DNA from: a virus
Lineage: Duplodnaviria; Caudoviricetes
Direction: 5' to 3' (one strand)
DNA length: 30,820 nucleotides
IMG/VR virus record: IMGVR_UViG_3300017989_004169
Coordinates: 1-30,820 of that record
Shown: in pieces, positions 25,251-30,820 of the stretch
Numbering within the stretch: the first letter of the stretch is position 1
Layout: each line of letters starts with the position of its first letter
Made by a program: the position numbers and the translations under genes
Notes under the pieces: model-generated
The model's input: the letters and a program-made list of their open reading frames with translations, nothing else
What the model was told of the DNA's origin: nothing
Database searches by the model: none

Positions 25251-28200
25251 ATGAATCAATTATGGATTGATGTTGAAACTACTGGTTTTTATGCAGATAA
25301 ACATGATATAGTACAGCTTGCTTGCATCCCACTAATCAACGGTGTTCCTCAAACTCCCTTTAACGAATTTTGCCAACCAATTAACTGGAAAGATATCCAG
25401 CAAGGTGCTATTGATACCCACGGTATCACTATTGAGCAAATGAAAACATTCCAAACCCCTGCTGAATTGTGCGATAAGTTAATTAAATATTTAGATAGCT
25501 TTAATACACAGTTTACCATTGCTGGGTTTAATGTTAGTTTTGATCGAAAATTTCTAAGTCAATTTTATACAAAACAAGGTAGGTCTAATGATTTTTTTCG
25601 TCACTTTGTATTAAATGTGCATGATACCTATTCAAGGGCTCGTAAAATTGGTAAAAAAGAAATTGGCACAGAGAATTTAAAATTAGAGACTCTTGCTAAG
25701 CACTTTGAGGTATCAATTGATGCTCACGATGCTTTATCAGATATTGAAGCCACTATTGAAGTAGATAAGAGAATTGCTAAGATGCTAGGAGAAGCATCAG
25801 CAAATTACTTGGCACCCACTAAACAGTACGATATTGAATTACTAGAACCAGCTCAGCTACATGTGCATTCCTCCTACAGTGGGGATGCCATTGGTGCTAT
25901 ATCTGAATGGGAAGCTTGGTGCAAAGAGCATAAGGTACCAGGTTTTTCTACTTGTGATCATGGTCTAGCGGTGTCATTTGGGGAAATCACTAAGGTTAAG
26001 GGTGATGTGACTGGAGTTCCTGGTGTAGGGCTTTATTTACGAATAGATGAAACTAATGATTATATACCCCTCAATGCTTGGGCCATATCCACCCAAGGAT
26101 ATTATAATTTAATGAAATTAGCTTCAGTTGGATATGAAAACCGTATTATCGAGGATGGTGTAACACTTCCAATATTACATAAATCACAGATGGTAAATCT
26201 TGATGGTATTATATTTGGGCTGAGTGACGCTTATGGTGCCATTGGTCAGGCATTAGTGAAGCAAGATGAAAAACTTATACACAAAATTATAAAATACGTA
26301 CTAGATATTATCGATTCTAAACAATTATTAGTAGAATTAGTGGCAATTGATATTCTCTATAGCTTTACAGATAAAATCGGATTTCAACCTATTGCAACAA
26401 ATAAGCTTATGCCTGATGGGAATTTAGGTAAAGCATATAATGTGTATATGAACAAAATTGCACAACAATATGAATTACAATGCATACCCGTAAGCAATGC
26501 ACATTTTATTGAAGAGCAAGATAAGATTGTTCAAGATTGTGTCTCTAAGAACACCTTTACAAGTAATCGTCATTATCATGAATCTTATCATATAAAAACT
26601 GCTAAAGATATGTACTCAATATTAAAGTCACATTTAGGTGATGAATTGACTCCGCAGCGTTTTACCACAATGGCAGAAACCACCCGTGATATTGTTAACA
26701 AAGCAAAAACTATTGAAATAGATCATACATATCATTTACCTAAAATTAATATCCCTCAGCATATTGCACAAAAAACTGATAATTATGACCAACAATGCTT
26801 TATGTATATGATGGAAAAAATAAAAGAACACGGTCGATGGATTGATGAGCCGGAATACAAGGAGAGATTTAAGCTAGAAATTGATGTTATTATGAATAAC
26901 AAAACCCTAAGCTTTATTCCATATTTTCTACTATATGAGGATATTTGTGCCCATGCGAGATCAGTTGGTGTATTCATGGGTGAAGGTCGTGGTAGTGCTG
27001 GTGGTTCATTATTGTCATATTATTTAAAAATAATCCATATTGATCCTGTTAAAGCAGATTTACCATTTGAGAGATTCCTATCTCATCCTAGAATTGATGG
27101 TGGTAGCTTTCCAGATATTGATGGTGATTTTTCAGATCGTGTGCCTATTATTGAATTTTTACGCGATAAATATGGAGCAGGTTTTGCTCAGGTCGCTACA
27201 CTTCAAACTATGAAAGTAAAGAATGCTATATGTGATGCTATGTGGGCTCTGTATGCTCGTAATCGTAATGATCCAGAAATACGAGCAGTATGTGATGTGA
27301 TTGCTGATAGCCCTCAGGGGACTGCTGAAAAAGACTTTTTATATGGCTTTACAGATAGAGAGGGGGTTATACATAAGGGGCATATCGAAGAAAATGAAAT
27401 GCTCCGTAATTTCTTTGAACATTATCCCGAAATTGAGCGTATGGTGAAGAAGCTTATTGGCTCAATTCGAGGCTTTAGTCGACATGCATCAGCATATGTA
27501 GTTTCCACCTTAGATTTATCCTCCCAACGTATTCCCACAATGATTATGGACCACCCAGAGGTTGGTGAAATAACAGTGACCCAATTCCCAGCAAAAGCAG
27601 TTGAAGATATGGGTCTAATAAAGGCTGATATTTTAAAGGTAGTTAACCTAGAGTCAGTGCGGCAATGTATTAAATTGATTAAAGATCGTACTGGAAAAGA
27701 CTATATGCAGGAGGATGAATTTGGTATGGCAGAAATATATCGCCTACCAGATGATATGGCAGTATATAAAGATTTTCATAATAAGAAAACAGATAGTGTA
27801 TTTCAATTTCATACTGAAATTAACAAAGCTCATATGAAAGACTTTAAACCACAAAGTCGATTACACTTAGCTGACATGACAGCTCTACTTCGTCCTGGAG
27901 CAATGGATGCTTTGGTAGTCAATGAAGAGCTATCTGAAGAAGATGGAGTATCAGCAGCTCAATACTATATGGATGTGCGTTCTGGTAGACGTAAGGTCAG
28001 TTATGTTCATCCTGATTTAGCTCCAATGACATCTAATGGAGTTTTCTGTTATCAAGAAGAAATTATGAGCTTTTTAGTTTGGTCTGGTTTTACAATGGCA
28101 CAAGCGGATCAATATAGGGCTGCAATTGCTAAAAAGAAATTAGATAAGATGCAATCAGCATTTGAGAAAATCAGGCAAACATGTAGTGCTAAAGGTTGGA

Positions 28201-29228
28201 CTGCAAAGCAAATTCAAACTGTTTGTAGTCAGATACAGGCATTTGCTCGATATTCATTTAACAGATCTCATTCGCGTTGTTATGCGGATTTAGGCTATAT
28301 AACTATGTATCTCAAGCATCATTATCCACTCGAGTGGTGGTGTGCAGTACTGAACACTACTGAAAAAGAGGACAAGCTTCGTGGGTTTGTGGCATTATTG
28401 GGTGATATGGTCCAGCCACCATCGTTAAAGTATCCATCAAGTAAATTTGAAATTCGTGGTGAACACATTGTGGCACCTGTTACTATCATCAAAAAGATTG
28501 GTCCCAAGACAGCTAATGAGCTGGTTACCAAAGGGCCATTTGAATCAATTGAGGATTTTTGTTTACGAATTGATCATACCAAGGTTAATATTGGTCATTT
28601 TTCAGCATTACTACAAGGTAGAGCTGCAGATGATTTAATGGATACTGGGATTTGGGTTTTAGATTATGGTGCAGCTCGAGAAGATTTAATTGAACGATAC
28701 GAGAAAACAAGAAAAAGTAAAACCAAAATTAAAGAAGAAATCCGAGATTATGATCCAATCAGGGTATTCCTAGCTGAGCGAGAATACAACCAATGCTTTA
28801 ATAAGAGTTTATTCCTAGATGGAGATATTACAAAGATTATATTAGACTGTGATAAAGACTTTGAGCCTACAGGAAATCCAGGTGTTCCAATGTTTCGTCA
28901 TGGTGTGCCGGTATTAGGTAATTTACGGGTTGCTGCTGGTATGGTTGAAAATAAAGTTGAACGTAAGGTTGGGATGGTATTGCTGTATAATTCCTCCCTT
29001 GTAAAAAAAGGTATATCTAAACGAACTGGTAAGCCATATGAGTTTTTAACCATTGAGTTATCTGATGGGTTTACAAATGTTGAATGTACTGATTGGTATA
29101 ATAAACAGGCATTGGGATGGCCAAAAGATAGCCTTGTGTATGTCACAGGATATCTCAAAGAAGGGTGGCGAAGCCCAGTGTGCATTCAAGTAAAATCAAT
29201 AAAGCAACTCACTAAGGAGAATACATGA
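25251..29228 (+). CDS. dnaE: C-family DNA polymerase (Pol III alpha-like) with fused N-terminal DEDDh 3'-5' exonuclease (1325 aa)
   Basis: Exonuclease IDVETTG...FN..FD...HDALSD. PHP LHVHS/CDHG. Core GRGSAGGSL, FERF, FPDIDGDF, RHAS, IKADIL, YQEEIM and YSFNRSH. C-terminal OB-like fold. Confidence 0.93.
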   Translation: MNQLWIDVETTGFYADKHDIVQLACIPLINGVPQTPFNEFCQPINWKDIQQGAIDTHGITIEQMKTFQTPAELCDKLIKYLDSFNTQFTIAGFNVSFDRKFLSQFYTKQGRSNDFFRHFVLNVHDTYSRARKIGKKEIGTENLKLETLAKHFEVSIDAHDALSDIEATIEVDKRIAKMLGEASANYLAPTKQYDIELLEPAQLHVHSSYSGDAIGAISEWEAWCKEHKVPGFSTCDHGLAVSFGEITKVKGDVTGVPGVGLYLRIDETNDYIPLNAWAISTQGYYNLMKLASVGYENRIIEDGVTLPILHKSQMVNLDGIIFGLSDAYGAIGQALVKQDEKLIHKIIKYVLDIIDSKQLLVELVAIDILYSFTDKIGFQPIATNKLMPDGNLGKAYNVYMNKIAQQYELQCIPVSNAHFIEEQDKIVQDCVSKNTFTSNRHYHESYHIKTAKDMYSILKSHLGDELTPQRFTTMAETTRDIVNKAKTIEIDHTYHLPKINIPQHIAQKTDNYDQQCFMYMMEKIKEHGRWIDEPEYKERFKLEIDVIMNNKTLSFIPYFLLYEDICAHARSVGVFMGEGRGSAGGSLLSYYLKIIHIDPVKADLPFERFLSHPRIDGGSFPDIDGDFSDRVPIIEFLRDKYGAGFAQVATLQTMKVKNAICDAMWALYARNRNDPEIRAVCDVIADSPQGTAEKDFLYGFTDREGVIHKGHIEENEMLRNFFEHYPEIERMVKKLIGSIRGFSRHASAYVVSTLDLSSQRIPTMIMDHPEVGEITVTQFPAKAVEDMGLIKADILKVVNLESVRQCIKLIKDRTGKDYMQEDEFGMAEIYRLPDDMAVYKDFHNKKTDSVFQFHTEINKAHMKDFKPQSRLHLADMTALLRPGAMDALVVNEELSEEDGVSAAQYYMDVRSGRRKVSYVHPDLAPMTSNGVFCYQEEIMSFLVWSGFTMAQADQYRAAIAKKKLDKMQSAFEKIRQTCSAKGWTAKQIQTVCSQIQAFARYSFNRSHSRCYADLGYITMYLKHHYPLEWWCAVLNTTEKEDKLRGFVALLGDMVQPPSLKYPSSKFEIRGEHIVAPVTIIKKIGPKTANELVTKGPFESIEDFCLRIDHTKVNIGHFSALLQGRAADDLMDTGIWVLDYGAAREDLIERYEKTRKSKTKIKEEIRDYDPIRVFLAEREYNQCFNKSLFLDGDITKIILDCDKDFEPTGNPGVPMFRHGVPVLGNLRVAAGMVENKVERKVGMVLLYNSSLVKKGISKRTGKPYEFLTIELSDGFTNVECTDWYNKQALGWPKDSLVYVTGYLKEGWRSPVCIQVKSIKQLTKENT

Positions 29229-29737
29229 AATTTGTATGCGTTAAAGAAGCACCTGAAGAACTACGTAAGGGTGAATATGTAATTAGTATGCCGGACTTTA
29301 TGGAAGAAATTCAAGAAAATACACATCGAAAAGGTAATACACAAGTTACTCGCAATAAGCACCTACGTCACCTAATTGGTACAGTAGGTATGAATTATGG
29401 GCCTGAAGATTTTAGTCCATATACAGATGTCAGAACTCACCCCTATGAAGGATTGGCATTTAAATCCAATGAAGATCTTTCTAAGATTTTGGTAACAATT
29501 TTTGAGAAAGAGTATCCAGCAATGTTTGATTACTATATTGCTAAGAAGATCAAAGAGCGCCCAATGGCTACTAAAGTTATCTATTTTGTGGGTGATTTCT
29601 TGCAATCTAAGGCTTTTACTGAAGCTGGTTTTGAACATATTGAGCTCAAAGATGTTGATGTAGTATTGGGGCTTAAGAAGAAGCGAACAATAGGAAGACC
29701 TGCTGTAAAAGACAAAACAACTGAATCTATGGTATAA
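29225..29737 (+). CDS. Hypothetical protein (170 aa)
   Basis: AAGGAG RBS and ATGA overlap with the polymerase stop. Confidence 0.75.
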   Translation: MKFVCVKEAPEELRKGEYVISMPDFMEEIQENTHRKGNTQVTRNKHLRHLIGTVGMNYGPEDFSPYTDVRTHPYEGLAFKSNEDLSKILVTIFEKEYPAMFDYYIAKKIKERPMATKVIYFVGDFLQSKAFTEAGFEHIELKDVDVVLGLKKKRTIGRPAVKDKTTESMV

Positions 29738-29757
29738 TAATATTGACAATAATGTCA
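29730..29757 (+). promoter_or_regulatory. Extended -10-like TGGTATAAT followed by palindrome TGACA-ATAA-TGTCA
   Basis: Motif at 29730-29738 and palindrome at 29744-29757, upstream of the SSB-like gene. Confidence 0.5.
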
Positions 29758-29795
29758 TTAAGCAATTTGAAGCCTATACAGGCAAGGAGAAAATT

Positions 29796-30820
29796 ATGGC
29801 CAAGATTACCATTAATACCGAAGCACTTAAACCCCAAAAAAATTGGATTCGTCACAAAGTAAACGCTGGAGATAACGTTTATCGTATTCTTCCTCCTTAT
29901 GGCGATATTGAGGTGCATAAAAATGTACCCTTTAAGAAGTGGAGTGTGGTATGGGGGCTTGTGGACCCTGCATCGGGTCGTATGAGACCTATTAATTCAC
30001 CCATGAACTCTGATGAGCGCAAGTGTCCGGTCTCAGAATATCTTGATTTGCTTACTCAGCAAATTGAAATGTTGAAAGATCAATATAGAGCTCAGGGTGT
30101 GCAAGAAGATCAGATTAAAGAACAACTATCTTTTGCGAATCGCTTGTTGTGGGAAATTAAACCCAAACATGTATATGCTTATAATGCATCTGATAAATCA
30201 GGGGCTGTAGGCATTTTGGAAATCAAAACTACCGCTCATAAGGCTATGAAAAAGAAAATGATGGAATACATCAATATTTATAGCCAAGATCCTACATCTC
30301 TGAATTCTGATCAAGATGATAGTGGTGTTTGGTTTAATATCACTCGTGAAGGTGAGCGAAAAGAAACTAAATACGATGTAGTATTCAATGTTACACGTGA
30401 GAAAGATGAGCAAGGACGTCTTATTTCGATCGATGATCGTTCTCCTTTGGCTACCAATATAGTTAATAATTATAACGATTTGGGATACAACCTCCATACA
30501 CTATATAAGACCCCAACTTATGATGAGTTGAAATCCACTTTGATTCTCAATATCAATGAGTGGGCAAAAGAGCATCCTGAAGTATTGGTTGCGGGTTTTC
30601 AAATGACTGATATGCCTTCAGCACCAGCACCAATTGAGACGCCTGTTGAGACGCCTGCGCCAGCACCACAGGGCACTAAGCCTGTTAATATTTCACTTGG
30701 TGAAGATGATGATGTCCCTGCAGCAACCCAACCTACTCCAATGCCAGCAGCTCAACCAGCAGCTCAACCAGCAGCTCAACCAGCAGCTCAACCAGCAGCT
30801 CAACCAGCAGCTCAACCAGC
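29796..30820 (+). CDS. gp32-like single-stranded DNA-binding protein, 3' end truncated (missing from the ORF track)
   Basis: AAGGAG RBS and ATG 29796, frame open to the window end: MAKITINTEALKPQKNWIRHKVNAGDNVYRILPP...KCPVSEY...YAYNA...DPTSL...GVWFNITREG...TKYDV. This is the RILP/CP/DP..G pattern of gp32-type SSBs, with a Pro/Ala/acidic tail. Confidence 0.75.
   Translation, partial: MAKITINTEALKPQKNWIRHKVNAGDNVYRILPPYGDIEVHKNVPFKKWSVVWGLVDPASGRMRPINSPMNSDERKCPVSEYLDLLTQQIEMLKDQYRAQGVQEDQIKEQLSFANRLLWEIKPKHVYAYNASDKSGAVGILEIKTTAHKAMKKKMMEYINIYSQDPTSLNSDQDDSGVWFNITREGERKETKYDVVFNVTREKDEQGRLISIDDRSPLATNIVNNYNDLGYNLHTLYKTPTYDELKSTLILNINEWAKEHPEVLVAGFQMTDMPSAPAPIETPVETPAPAPQGTKPVNISLGEDDDVPAATQPTPMPAAQPAAQPAAQPAAQPAAQPAAQP
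30744..30820 (+). repeat. Perfect 12-bp tandem repeat CCAGCAGCTCAA (6 copies + 5 nt, encodes PAAQ)
   Basis: Read directly; runs off the window end. Confidence 0.97.

Noticed and set aside
29743-29748. TTGACA as a -35 element
   Set aside because: No -10-like hexamer 16-18 nt downstream; it lies downstream of the TATAAT and is half of a palindrome.
30744-30820. CRISPR array
   Set aside because: Contiguous 12-bp units with no spacers, in frame within a CDS.
1-30820. Stop-codon reassignment
   Set aside because: Long genes are intact and tightly packed under code 11, and TAA, TAG and TGA all end plausible genes.

Overview
This is an AT-rich, densely coding fragment of a large tailed dsDNA bacteriophage (probably jumbo-type). 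It uses the standard genetic code and has GGAG/AGGA-type ribosome-binding sites. From left to right: six tail-fibre/receptor-binding-like genes (1-9447); a five-gene minus-strand block with a DnaG-type primase and a DnaB-type helicase (9448-12509); an SF2 helicase; a peptidase M15 endolysin-like gene carrying an in-frame 480-bp HTH-HNH endonuclease insert bounded by a 10-bp direct repeat; and a highly structured 270-bp non-coding region. These are followed by dUTPase, a DNA-methyltransferase-like gene lacking the catalytic PPY motif, a GroEL-like chaperonin, a candidate envelope-spanning (spanin-like) protein, a zinc-ribbon protein and a Rad50/gp46-like ATPase. Next come a modular protein punctuated by QWSLxK motifs and ending in an ADP-ribosyltransferase-like domain, an HNH nuclease, small hypotheticals, a C-family DNA polymerase with a fused N-terminal DEDDh exonuclease, and a truncated gp32-like ssDNA-binding protein that runs off the window in a perfect 12-bp tandem repeat. 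A TGTATAAT promoter-like motif recurs in most intergenic gaps. I saw no tRNA, rRNA or CRISPR array. All product calls come from motifs recognised by eye, not database searches.
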